A stretch of DNA of 64,000 nt, from the NCBI GenBank assembly GCA_945921355.1, contig CAMEKM010000004.1, positions 6,305 through 70,304 of the forward strand, given 5' to 3'. Shown piece by piece: positions 27,639 through 37,284 of the stretch (the stretch's first letter is position 1; the number at the start of each line of letters is the position of its first letter). The DNA is from an uncultured Bacteroidales bacterium. GTDB taxonomy: Bacteria > Bacteroidota > Bacteroidia > Bacteroidales > Paludibacteraceae. The position numbers were made by a program, and so were the translations under genes. The notes under the pieces were generated by a model, which saw only the letters and a program-made list of their open reading frames with translations, was not told where the DNA came from and ran no database searches.

Positions 27639-28571
27639 TTAATATTTTCTTAGAATAATTTTTATGCTACGTTTAATTGATTTCTTACTAAATTTATTCA
27701 TTAGCAAATATATAGATATATACTTCACTAACCGAATCTCAATGATATGCCTCCTATTACGAACTAAACCGATTAACTCATCATATATCTTATTAGCATA
27801 TTCATCTTTATATTGCATATAATGAACTGATTTCGTCATATAACGCCTATAATATGCTCGTAAGTAAACTAATGAACGATAATATGCACATTTTTTTATT
27901 TTCTCTATACTACCTAATGACAAAGAATTCGTATTATCTTGCCGATATTGATATAAACTTTCATCAACAAAACCTACACAACCCACATCACCTACTTCCT
28001 CTAATTTCAAAAAAATATCTTTATCCTCTGCCTGTCTTAATGTAGCATCAAAACCAGAAGTTTTTACATATGCGCTTCTTTTGAAAGAGGCAAATGCTAC
28101 CACTCTATTAGGATGACTTAAAATATAATCATCTAGTTCACCTTTTTGTGGACCTACAGGATAAGCATATGGAACTAATTGATTATCATTCCATAATTCT
28201 CTATATTTGGAACCAATCAACACCCATTCTGGATGCATAATATGAGCATTTACCATCGTTTCTAATGCATTTGGTTCTAATTTATCATCTGCATCCAAAT
28301 ATGCCATTAATTCTCCTTTGGATTCGATGCATCCATACCATCTAGAATAACCTAGTCCTCTATTTCTGTGATTTTGCAAAATATGAATACGACTATCATT
28401 TTTATAATCATTGCATACTAACAGGGAGTTATCAGTAGAGCAATCATCCACAACAATAAGTTCCCAATTAGAATATGCTTGTTGTAAGACAGATTCAATT
28501 GCCTCACTAATATAACATCCATTATTATAATTGGCCATAATAATGGAAAACAGAGGAGATGTATTTTTCAT
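27639..28571 (-). CDS. glycosyltransferase family 2
   Basis: FSIIMANYNN, VDDCSTD and YLDADD motifs. Confidence 0.88.
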   Translation of the reverse strand: MKNTSPLFSIIMANYNNGCYISEAIESVLQQAYSNWELIVVDDCSTDNSLLVCNDYKNDSRIHILQNHRNRGLGYSRWYGCIESKGELMAYLDADDKLEPNALETMVNAHIMHPEWVLIGSKYRELWNDNQLVPYAYPVGPQKGELDDYILSHPNRVVAFASFKRSAYVKTSGFDATLRQAEDKDIFLKLEEVGDVGCVGFVDESLYQYRQDNTNSLSLGSIEKIKKCAYYRSLVYLRAYYRRYMTKSVHYMQYKDEYANKIYDELIGLVRNRRHIIEIRLVKYISIYLLMNKFSKKSIKRSIKIILRKY

Positions 28572-29443
28572 AGTTTATGTCTCAAGATAGGGGGTACTAT
28601 ACCATGATACAAGTTCAGTAACCATTCTGGTAGGTACTCTCGTAGTTTATGTTTTTTAGCAGGAGCAATTCTCTGAATTACAATTCGCTTAGCCTCTTCA
28701 AACCAATCATGATATATGCCATCGAAGATTTCATCTGCTCTTGCAATATTATTCAATACCATTTCATTCTGATAATTCATTCCCAATCCAGACCACACTC
28801 CGTGACTATGAATACGATATACTGATGTTGCAACACCCAATTGAGCAATAAATCCATATTGTGCCATATAGATTCCCAAAACCCAATCATCAAATGTTTC
28901 GCCAAAAATACTATCTGGCACTTGTTTTAACAATTTAGTCCTGTAACAACAAGCAGAATGATTATCCACTCTATTTTGAAGAATATGATCTTGAGTGTTC
29001 ACATAACATATATCACCTTCACGTAGATTTTCCCGCAAACAAAATATTTTCTTATCTTGAAAATAGAAGATTAGTTTGTTTACTGACATCGAACATTCTT
29101 GATGTTCAGACAAACACATCACGTGATTCTGCAAATGATATGGACTGGTCCACCAATCATCCCCCTCCAACACACATACATAATCACTCGTACAGGCAGC
29201 AAAAGCTCGCTTGTAATTATTAATATGCCCCATATTTACCTCTGTTGGAAGATAAACAAATGGAAATGGAGACTGCGCTTCATACGACCGAATAGTTGCC
29301 AATGTATCATCTGTAGAAGCATCATCCGCTACAATCACACGCACCTCTACATCAGAGTTCACTCGCTGCATCATTACGCCGTCTAAAGCCTGAGCAATAT
29401 ATTGCGCCTGGTTGTATGTAATAAGTAAGATATCTAACCGCAT
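28568..29443 (-). CDS. glycosyltransferase family 2
   Basis: LDILLITYNQ, ADDASTDDT and LEGDD motifs. Confidence 0.8.
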   Translation of the reverse strand: MRLDILLITYNQAQYIAQALDGVMMQRVNSDVEVRVIVADDASTDDTLATIRSYEAQSPFPFVYLPTEVNMGHINNYKRAFAACTSDYVCVLEGDDWWTSPYHLQNHVMCLSEHQECSMSVNKLIFYFQDKKIFCLRENLREGDICYVNTQDHILQNRVDNHSACCYRTKLLKQVPDSIFGETFDDWVLGIYMAQYGFIAQLGVATSVYRIHSHGVWSGLGMNYQNEMVLNNIARADEIFDGIYHDWFEEAKRIVIQRIAPAKKHKLREYLPEWLLNLYHGIVPPILRHKL

Positions 29444-29459
29444 AACTCAAGTATTTATT

Positions 29460-30407
29460 TTACCTCTCCGCTCTCATTGGATTTACCAAGAAATCCTTAT
29501 ACGCCAAGCGGATGCCTTCTTCCAACTCCGTCTTGTACGTCCAGCCCAACGCAGTGGCTTTGCTTACATCCAGCAGTTTGCGAGGGGTGCCATTTGGGCG
29601 GGTGGTATCCCACTCTATGCGGCCTTCGTAGCCCACGACCTTAGCCACCATCTCTGTCAGTGCCTTGATAGTCAGTTCCTTACCCGTACCTGCATTCACC
29701 GTTTCGTTACCCGAATAGTTATTCATCAGGAACAGGCAGAGGTTCGCCAAGTCGTCCACGTACAAGAACTCGCGCAATGGGCTACCATCGCCCCAGCAGG
29801 TGACTACTTCTGCCCCACTCTCCTTCGCCTCGTGGAAACGACGGATCAGCGCAGGCAGCACGTGCGAGTGCTCTGGGTGGTAGTTATCGTTAGGACCATA
29901 TAGATTGGTTGGCATGACGGAGATATAGTCGGTGCCATACTGGCGGTTGAGGAACTCACAGTACTTCAAGCCCGAGATCTTGGCTAAAGCGTATGCCTCG
30001 TTGGTCTTCTCCAACTCACCCGTGAGCAAGCAACTCTCTGGCATAGGTTGTGGTGCCAAGCGAGGATAGATGCAGCTGGAGCCAAGAAACAGCAGTTTCT
30101 TGCAGCCGTTTTGCCAAGCAGAGTGGATGACGTTCATCTCGAGGATCATGTTGTCGTACATGAAATCCGCGAGAGCAGATTGGTTAGCTACAATACCGCC
30201 GACCTTGGCCGCAGCGAGGAAGACGTACTCAGGTTGTTCAGTAGCGAAGAACTGCTCTACTGCCTCTTGGCGGCAGAGGTCGAGTTCCGCATGGGTGCGG
30301 GTGATGATGTTGGTGTAGCCTTGCTTTGTCAGCTCACGCACAATGGCTGAGCCCACCATGCCGCGGTGTCCTGCTACGTATATTTTGGATTCTTTATTCA
30401 TGTTCAT
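29460..30407 (-). CDS. fcl: GDP-L-fucose synthase
   Basis: [25 protein letters not shown] and NLYGPNDN motifs. Confidence 0.92.
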   Translation of the reverse strand: MNMNKESKIYVAGHRGMVGSAIVRELTKQGYTNIITRTHAELDLCRQEAVEQFFATEQPEYVFLAAAKVGGIVANQSALADFMYDNMILEMNVIHSAWQNGCKKLLFLGSSCIYPRLAPQPMPESCLLTGELEKTNEAYALAKISGLKYCEFLNRQYGTDYISVMPTNLYGPNDNYHPEHSHVLPALIRRFHEAKESGAEVVTCWGDGSPLREFLYVDDLANLCLFLMNNYSGNETVNAGTGKELTIKALTEMVAKVVGYEGRIEWDTTRPNGTPRKLLDVSKATALGWTYKTELEEGIRLAYKDFLVNPMRAER

Positions 30408-30496
30408 TCATAAAATTAGAGCGTTCGTAATACTCACTGTAGTACGCATTGCTGGAGTACGCTACGCTGGAGTACGACTACGTCTGTAGTTTTTTA

Positions 30497-30847
30497 TTAT
30501 TTCAAGTGATTAATCATACCTGACAACAACTTAGATTCTTCAACTATCAATTTTTCCAATTGTTGAAATTGCTCATCTGAAATATAACCAATATAATTAG
30601 CTACATCCAATTGTGCCAACACTTCCATCAGAGAACCATAAGCTATTTGCATAAAATGTCCCTTGTCTTTATTAGTAGAGCGACCTAATCCCTCGGCTAT
30701 ATTTGATGGCACCGATATTACTGCTCTACGTAATTGATCAGAGAGAGCAAATTTTTCAGTTGAAGGCATAGTTTCTAACAAAGCATATACTGCCTTAACG
30801 AGTTCTCTAGCAGTTGTATACACTTGTAATTTTCTAAAACTATGCAT
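30497..30847 (-). CDS. four helix bundle protein (23S rRNA intervening-sequence protein family)
   Basis: FRKLQVY...LRRAVISVPSNIAEG...EVLAQLDVA pattern. It is a paralogue of 11420-11779. Confidence 0.85.
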   Translation of the reverse strand: MHSFRKLQVYTTARELVKAVYALLETMPSTEKFALSDQLRRAVISVPSNIAEGLGRSTNKDKGHFMQIAYGSLMEVLAQLDVANYIGYISDEQFQQLEKLIVEESKLLSGMINHLK

Positions 30848-31051
30848 ATCTCTTTTGTTTACTTCACTTTATTATAGTTCGCTTGTATTGCTCACTACAG
30901 AGCGGACTTTGTCATGAAGAGCCCTTTGTTGTATTTCGTTTCACTGTAAATCGTTTCGCTTCCGCTACACTGTAGTGACACTACAGCACCATCGGTGCGC
31001 TCTACAGCGTCAGCGCTCTACAGGGCTTTGCCCGTACTACAGCGAAGCGTA

Positions 31052-32155
31052 CTACTTAACAATGCCCCTCTCGAGATACTCAGCGAGGTTTACGCGGGCT
31101 TGCTCCGCCGCGTGGTCGGCAGCTACCTTCTGCATATCGTGTCTTACCATCAACTTCACCAGCTCCTCGAAGCTGGTCTTCGCAGGGTTCCAACCCAATG
31201 CCTTCTTTGCCTTCGTTGGATCACCCCACAAGTTCACCACATCCGTTGGGCGATAGAAGTCGGGCGATACCTCTACCAAGGTCTTGCCTACCAAATGCTC
31301 AGGTCCTGCTACGCACACGCCTTTCTCATCAGCATCCTCGCCACGGAACTCCAAGGTGATACCTACCTCGCGGAATGCCAAGTCACAGAACTCGCGCACC
31401 GAGTGCTGCACACCCGTAGCAATCACGAAGTCCTCTGGGGTCTCGTGCTGCAAGATCAGCCACATACACTCCACATAATCCTTTGCATATCCCCAGTCGC
31501 GCAGCGATGAGAGATTACCCAGATAGAGCTTATCTTGCTTGCCCTGCGCAATACGTGCAGCCGCCAAGGTGATCTTGCGGGTCACAAAGGTCTCACCACG
31601 GCGCTCCGACTCGTGGTTGAACAAGATACCCGAGCAGCAAAACATATTGTATGCCTCACGATACTCTTTCACAATCCAGTAGCCATAGAGTTTCGCTACA
31701 GCGTATGGCGAATATGGGTGGAATGGTGTGTTCTCGTTTTGTGGCACCTCTTCCACCTTACCATAGAGCTCAGAGGTCGATGCTTGATAGATGCGACATG
31801 TATCTGTCAGCCCGCAGGCGCGTACAGCCTCCAGCACACGCAGCACGCCCGTAGCGTCGATGTCAGCGGTGAACTCAGGCGAGTCGAAGCTGACTTGCAC
31901 ATGGCTCTGCGCAGCCAGGTTGTATATCTCATCAGGACGCACCTTACCGATAACCTGAATCAATCCCATTGAATCCGACAGGTCGCCATAGTGCAAATGG
32001 AAATGAGGTTGTCCCTCAAGATGCGCAATGCGCTCACGATAATCCACCGAGCTACGACGGATGATACCGTGCACCTCGTAGCCTTTCTCCAACAGGAACT
32101 CGCTCAAATAGGAGCCGTCTTGTCCTGTAACACCTGTGATTAATGCTTTTTTCAT
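31052..32155 (-). CDS. gmd: GDP-mannose 4,6-dehydratase
   Basis: [32 protein letters not shown] and [10 protein letters not shown] motifs. Confidence 0.95.
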   Translation of the reverse strand: MKKALITGVTGQDGSYLSEFLLEKGYEVHGIIRRSSVDYRERIAHLEGQPHFHLHYGDLSDSMGLIQVIGKVRPDEIYNLAAQSHVQVSFDSPEFTADIDATGVLRVLEAVRACGLTDTCRIYQASTSELYGKVEEVPQNENTPFHPYSPYAVAKLYGYWIVKEYREAYNMFCCSGILFNHESERRGETFVTRKITLAAARIAQGKQDKLYLGNLSSLRDWGYAKDYVECMWLILQHETPEDFVIATGVQHSVREFCDLAFREVGITLEFRGEDADEKGVCVAGPEHLVGKTLVEVSPDFYRPTDVVNLWGDPTKAKKALGWNPAKTSFEELVKLMVRHDMQKVAADHAAEQARVNLAEYLERGIVK

Positions 32156-32239
32156 ATTTTCTTGTAATTTTTTTCTAGTGATCCTAGTGATCCTATTGCT
32201 ACTCGGGCTACTAACCCCCTATTCGTCGCCATTTGGCGA

Positions 32240-32271
32240 CAAAGGTACAACTTTTTTCTGACATACGCAAA
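32240..32271 (-). promoter_or_regulatory. promoter of the gmd transcription unit
   Basis: TACCTTTG at 32240-32247 and TTTG at 32268-32271, with a 20-nt spacer. Confidence 0.6.
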
Positions 32272-32337
32272 TATTTTAGGCGAAAGGTGACAGATTATAG
32301 GTTAAAGGCAATGTTTTATCTTTAGAAGCCATAACAT

Positions 32338-32763
32338 CTACACCAATCCACGCCACACTTTCGCCCTGACATAGCAATCAAACTTGATATAAATTTTTCG
32401 TTTCTTTGTTCTTGGGTCTATTGGAGCATCTACTTCTGCTTTTTTCAATTGCATTTGCCAACACTTTTCCCATTTAACTCGTTCCTGCAAGTCATCTAAA
32501 ATAGTTTTTGTTAGCGCGCATGCTTCTTTCCATCGATCCAATTTTTCTTTCTCAGCCCCCTTAGCAGGATTCTTTTTCCAATCACGCGGATCATGTACCA
32601 CATATGCCTCTTGTGCCATCACACCTATGATTCTACCCTTGCCATCTCGCACTTTTTTCTGACGAAAAACCACTTTGTCTTTGCTATGCAATTTCCCCTC
32701 AAAATGTTCTATTGGGGCAATCCATTTCACTTTTGCCATATCATCGATATTTTTATTGTCCAT
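32338..32763 (-). CDS. hypothetical protein (141 aa, Lys/Trp-rich)
   Basis: Clean ORF with no recognisable motif. Confidence 0.45.
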   Translation of the reverse strand: MDNKNIDDMAKVKWIAPIEHFEGKLHSKDKVVFRQKKVRDGKGRIIGVMAQEAYVVHDPRDWKKNPAKGAEKEKLDRWKEACALTKTILDDLQERVKWEKCWQMQLKKAEVDAPIDPRTKKRKIYIKFDCYVRAKVWRGLV

Positions 32764-33150
32764 TCCTTATCGCAAAAACCGCTATATGTACTATGCTCTT
32801 ACTATGTGATTAGTATGTTGTTACTATCTCATTCATAGCACTTGCTAATACCTTCTTTCCCCAATCTCTATCACACTCACTCCCATTCTCATCATCAACA
32901 CTGTGATTGCCTTTAGGACGGTTTGATCGCGTTCTTTATTATTTCTGCTGCAAAGATACTGCTATCTCCAACTACACTGTGGGTTTCCGCCACTTTCTGC
33001 CCGTTTCAGCCCGAATAAAGTAGTTTCTGTCGGTTTCTGCTGTAAAAATACAACATCAATATTGACATTAATGTTTTTTTAATATTAACCTATATTTTTA
33101 ATTATTTTTATAGGCACCAAGTGCCGTATTTTTGTTTCAATTTTTTCTTT

Positions 33151-33397
33151 AACATAAATACGCTCGCTTCGCTTGCTACAAAAATATACAAAAATCATGA
33201 ATCATATTTTGTTTTTGCATATAAGAAGCAGCCCGCTGCTTAAGTATGCAAACCAAAATAACAATTTTCTTGATTATCTACCCATTTTTTTTGTTTTAGT
33301 CACCAATGCGGGACGCATTCATCTGACTAAAAACAAAAAGATGTTTCATCGATTTTTAACTATTTTTATAGGCATCTGTGATGCCGTATTTTTGTTA
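33151..33397 (+). repeat. ~247-bp structured MITE-like element, copy B (preceded by an orphan right end at 33094-33137)
   Basis: Aligns end to end with 8481-8728. Confidence 0.85.
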
Positions 33398-33429
33398 TAA
33401 AAAAACAAAAAAAGGCGGTTACCCGCCTT
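33398..33429 (-). terminator. intrinsic terminator downstream of hipA-2
   Basis: On the minus strand, AAGGCGG-GTAA-CCGCCTT is followed by a T-run (TTTTTTTGTTTTTTT). Confidence 0.6.
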
Positions 33430-33596
33430 AAATCCCCGCCTCTACACTCTACGCCCTACACTCTACACCAGCAGCTCTGCTGCTTGCCTCTAAACTCTAA
33501 ACAGTAGCTCGCCCCGCGAGCGTTCACTAAACACTAAACCCTAAACAGTAGCGCCTCTGGCGCGTCCTCTAAACACCAGCAACTCCGCTGCCCCGC

Positions 33597-34694
33597 CTAT
33601 AGCGTCTGCGTCAGAGTGCGTAGTTCACGAATAATCTCACGTGCTCTCGTGGGCAAGATGCGAATACTCTCAGCAGCAGCTATCATATCCGCCTCCGAAG
33701 GCTTACCATGCCCCATTACCGAAGTGGCATGTTCACCATTATACCCTTGTACACAGCGGGTTAGATCGTATGCAGGAGCCAGATGCCAGCCATCATCCAG
33801 GTGGACAAAAGAGAAGTTCTTGGCATGATCATCCTTGTTGCCTATCAACACATTGAAGACCATTCGTCTAAACATCTGCTCCACCTCCGCGGGACTCTGC
33901 GTGATATAACCCGTCAAAGCCAATAGCACCTTATAATCCGTTTTGGGCGGATAGATATTCTCGTTGAGCAATGCAGCTGCCGTAGCCATATGCAGAGGTT
34001 GCCCATCTGAAGATATATCAAAGCGTTTGCTTGCAAAATAGCTATCACTGAGCAATTTAAAGTCGGGTACCTCAATTCCACATCGGCGTGCTAATTGATT
34101 GCAATGATACTCTTGCACGCCCATATCCATGGGGTCGTAGGTATGTCGGAACTTCACCAGCCATTGTCCATCCTCATCGTGATACAGGCATTTCGGACGG
34201 CAGCCACCGCTATTACCGCTGCTCAGATACAAGGTATCGGCACCTTCTGTGGTTTTCTCAGCCAACACATCGAGTGCCATCTGCTGCAGGGTATTGAGTT
34301 CGGGCAATAGGAACTGCTCAGCAGGCATCATCTCTGGCTCATAACGCAGTGCTCCCATACCAGACGAGCCCACGATAGCCAAGCGCTGAAGCGGCGTGAG
34401 GGATAGTTCGTCGATCCCATGCTGGCGAAGCATACGATTGAGCAAGAAGCGTCCATATCCATCTGGTAGGCTATCCTCAAAGATACCAAAATTACCATAG
34501 AAAGGTGTAGGTTCTGCAATGAATAGATCCGCACGCAAAGGGATTTGCAGTGGCGAAATAGAGAAGCCATGCGCCAGCCACTCGGGGGCATATTCAAAGG
34601 TGCAACGCGTGTTGTCGGGCGTGCGAGAGATAGTCCCTACCCGATGGTCACGGTAGAACACCTGCAACTTATTTACGGAATGTATTGCGTCCAT
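33597..34694 (-). CDS. hipA: type II toxin-antitoxin system HipA family toxin (short form)
   Basis: Kinase motif IGNKDDHAKNFSF and a HipA N-terminal coupling region. Confidence 0.85.
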   Translation of the reverse strand: MDAIHSVNKLQVFYRDHRVGTISRTPDNTRCTFEYAPEWLAHGFSISPLQIPLRADLFIAEPTPFYGNFGIFEDSLPDGYGRFLLNRMLRQHGIDELSLTPLQRLAIVGSSGMGALRYEPEMMPAEQFLLPELNTLQQMALDVLAEKTTEGADTLYLSSGNSGGCRPKCLYHDEDGQWLVKFRHTYDPMDMGVQEYHCNQLARRCGIEVPDFKLLSDSYFASKRFDISSDGQPLHMATAAALLNENIYPPKTDYKVLLALTGYITQSPAEVEQMFRRMVFNVLIGNKDDHAKNFSFVHLDDGWHLAPAYDLTRCVQGYNGEHATSVMGHGKPSEADMIAAAESIRILPTRAREIIRELRTLTQTL

Positions 34695-35019
34695 GCTTGC
34701 GACCTTTGTTGTTTTGGATGATTTCTAATTCTGCCATGGTACGGTAGATAGGTTCTGCCATTACGGCTTGGAGCGGTTGGCTATAGCCCAATGCTTTGGC
34801 AATGGCCACATATTGACGGAGCGATAAGGTGGCTTTCTGCTCAAACTTGGCGATAGTAGCCACAGGCACACCGCTCATCATCGACAGTGCCTCTCGCGAC
34901 AGCCCTCGCTCCAAACGTCGTGCTTTGAGTTGCTCAGCCAATAGGCGCATAATATCTTCGGTTGATTCCGACTCAAATTGATAAAGCAAATTACTACTAT
35001 TGTATTCAATCTCTGCCAT
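34669..35019 (-). CDS. helix-turn-helix transcriptional regulator, HipB-like antitoxin
   Basis: HTH (LSREALSMMSGVPVATIAKFEQ). It overlaps hipA-2 by 26 nt. Confidence 0.78.
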   Translation of the reverse strand: MAEIEYNSSNLLYQFESESTEDIMRLLAEQLKARRLERGLSREALSMMSGVPVATIAKFEQKATLSLRQYVAIAKALGYSQPLQAVMAEPIYRTMAELEIIQNNKGRKHGRNTFRK

Positions 35020-35057
35020 TTTTCAATGATTTTAGATACTATTGTATGAAATTTCTG

Positions 35058-35089
35058 CAAAGGTAGTGAATTATTTTGAATCACGCAAA
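35058..35089 (-). promoter_or_regulatory. promoter of the hipBA-2 module
   Basis: TACCTTTG at 35058-35065 and TTTG at 35086-35089, with a 20-nt spacer. Confidence 0.62.
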
Positions 35090-35121
35090 TATAATCACAA
35101 AAAAACCGACGAATATTTTCA

Positions 35122-35232
35122 TTTTTGGTTTTAGTCACCAATGCGGGACGCATTCCTTTTGACTAAAAGCAAAAACATATTCCCTAGATTTTTAATTATT
35201 TTTATAGGCACATCGTGCCGTATTTTTGTTAT
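35122..35232 (+). repeat. right half of the MITE-like element, copy C
   Basis: Contains hairpin 2 (TTTAGTCACCAATGCGGGACGCATTC..GACTAAA), hairpin 3 (GGCACATCGTGCC) and the right end CGTATTTTTGTT. Confidence 0.8.
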
Positions 35233-35233
35233 T

Positions 35234-35263
35234 AAAAAACAAAAAAAGGCGGTCACCCGCCTT
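35234..35263 (-). terminator. intrinsic terminator downstream of 35442-36302
   Basis: On the minus strand, AAGGCGG-GTGA-CCGCCTT is followed by a T-run. It is a duplicate of the 33398-33429 module. Confidence 0.6.
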
Positions 35264-35441
35264 AAATCCCCGCCTCTACACTCTACGCCCTACACTCTAC
35301 ACCAGCAGCTCTGCTGCTTGCCTCTAAGCTCTAAACTGTAGGCGAAGCCGTCCTCTAAACCCTAAACAGTAGCACCCATGGCGCGTTCTCTAAACAGCGC
35401 TGAAAGCGCGCTCATTATTCAAAGGAGTTAAAGAGCATGGG

Positions 35442-36302
35442 CTATCTTTTATTACATTTTAATACATTTCGCAAGCAAGAAAATGGTTTAAGGATAAACT
35501 TTCCGAGACGATAAGCATGAGAGGATCTAACCTTTTCTTCTGATAAAACGCGCTGCTCTTCGGCAACCGATTGCAAGGTTATCTCAATTTGACGAGTAAT
35601 CAATGTAGCCAAATATTCATCTGGAATATAGTTAGGAAGTTGAATAGGTAATTCTCCAAATCTTTTTACCAAATATTGAAAAGATTTAATTATTCCATTA
35701 TCTACCTCAATCACTTGACGAGTATATGGACTATGCTCTAAAAAACCTTGCATAACATTATCAAAATAAGTTCCTTCCGAGCAAATATACGGATGATTAT
35801 TTTTAGCAGCTAAATAGGTGTATACAATATCACTACTTGTACAATTTTGCATTAAATCCTCATCTATGGCTTTTAAATTATCTCCAAAATGCTCGTATTT
35901 AGTTAAGGATGCATTTCCGCAATGGCATTGTAAACCAAACAGAACTACTTTGTTTCCACTTATGGGAAATTGAGGATATTTTTTATGCATCACCATAAAA
36001 TCCTCTATCATATTTGGTGGAAAAATACAATCATCATCAATATTTATAACACATGCTTCCGGATATTTCAATAACGTAGGAAGAAATTTCTTATATACCT
36101 TTGTATTTGGTACAAAATTAACTTCTATCTGGTGAGATTCTATATATTCTTGGATATTCTCAGGTACAATTTCATCGTATGCTAAATTAATAACGATTTT
36201 ATCTGGCCGTACCGTTTGAGCATAAATAGTATCTAGTACTATTGGTATGTTGTGCATTCTAGGTTTCCACGTCGTCATGGAAACAATAATTTCTTCTTGC
36301 AT
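35442..36302 (-). CDS. putative glycosyltransferase
   Basis: IVSMTTWKPR start and a DDD motif (VINIDDDCIFP). AT-rich. Confidence 0.55.
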   Translation of the reverse strand: MQEEIIVSMTTWKPRMHNIPIVLDTIYAQTVRPDKIVINLAYDEIVPENIQEYIESHQIEVNFVPNTKVYKKFLPTLLKYPEACVINIDDDCIFPPNMIEDFMVMHKKYPQFPISGNKVVLFGLQCHCGNASLTKYEHFGDNLKAIDEDLMQNCTSSDIVYTYLAAKNNHPYICSEGTYFDNVMQGFLEHSPYTRQVIEVDNGIIKSFQYLVKRFGELPIQLPNYIPDEYLATLITRQIEITLQSVAEEQRVLSEEKVRSSHAYRLGKFILKPFSCLRNVLKCNKR

Positions 36303-36321
36303 AAATCTTATCTTGATTGGA

Positions 36322-37284
36322 TTATTTTAATTTCAACAAACGACATAAAGATAATAACATTTTTCGGATAGAAAAAACAACTCCTTTTATACCATTTATT
36401 TTTACATCCATTCTTAAAAAATACAATATTTCTTTAAACAAATTTTTAAAATTATGCTTCTCTATTTTGTATCGCAAATATTCCAGAAAAGTAGGGTGCA
36501 AAGTTATTATTAATCTTAGTAAGTCTTTATCGTCCATATTTCTATCCCAAACTTCTCGAGCGATACAATACGCCATTTTATTCTTGTCCATCAAACTTTT
36601 GGAAGAATGTACACTACCATCATGGCGTCGATATACCGCACCATCAAATGGAAAACAAAATCCGCCCCCTTGCTTTAACAAATAATAATTCATATGAAAA
36701 TCACGCCAATATTTAAAGTCTCTTGTATTTGGCATGTTTTTTAATGCATCATTGCGAATCAACAGGGTCATGGTCTTGGTAAACCAACCTACATTTAGAT
36801 TTTCTTTGTTGGTAAACACATAACCATTAGGATATGAATTTAGAATATGAGAAGCATAATCATTATCCCAAGTCCCATCATCTTGATTATATATTTTGTA
36901 TCTATGACAGCACAACACATACTCCGGATTCGCCTCCATAAAATCCACTTGCTTTTGCAGTTTCAGCGGATCGGTCCAATAATCATCGCCTTCGCATTGA
37001 GCTATATATTTACCTACCGCACGTGGCCAATTATAGGTAGCCGAGATATTTTTACCTTTTGAATATTGATTTTCAGTCTGATAAATAGGTTTAAATATGT
37101 CAGGATATTTTGCTTCATATTCACGAATAATATCAGCTGTTCCATCCGTGGATGCATCATCATGTATTAAAATCTCATATTTAAAATTTGTCTTTTGCAT
37201 GATGAAACCATCCAAACATTGCCTTATGTATGGTGCATGATTATATGTAATACAACAAATCGATACTAATACATCTGAATTCAT
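36322..37284 (-). CDS. glycosyltransferase family 2
   Basis: VSICCITYNH, HDDASTDGT and CEGDDYW motifs. Confidence 0.85.
   Translation of the reverse strand: MNSDVLVSICCITYNHAPYIRQCLDGFIMQKTNFKYEILIHDDASTDGTADIIREYEAKYPDIFKPIYQTENQYSKGKNISATYNWPRAVGKYIAQCEGDDYWTDPLKLQKQVDFMEANPEYVLCCHRYKIYNQDDGTWDNDYASHILNSYPNGYVFTNKENLNVGWFTKTMTLLIRNDALKNMPNTRDFKYWRDFHMNYYLLKQGGGFCFPFDGAVYRRHDGSVHSSKSLMDKNKMAYCIAREVWDRNMDDKDLLRLIITLHPTFLEYLRYKIEKHNFKNLFKEILYFLRMDVKINGIKGVVFSIRKMLLSLCRLLKLK

Noticed and set aside
29412-31510. Several 100-170-aa plus-strand ORFs (29412-29903, 30048-30350, 30995-31510, 31535-31972)
   Set aside because: All are antisense to fcl or gmd in GC-richer DNA where long shadow ORFs are expected.
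17252-32155. Invertible (phase-variable) promoter controlling the glycan locus, as in Bacteroides capsule loci
   Set aside because: I found no pair of inverted repeats flanking a promoter, no nearby site-specific recombinase, and no UpxY/UpxZ-like genes.
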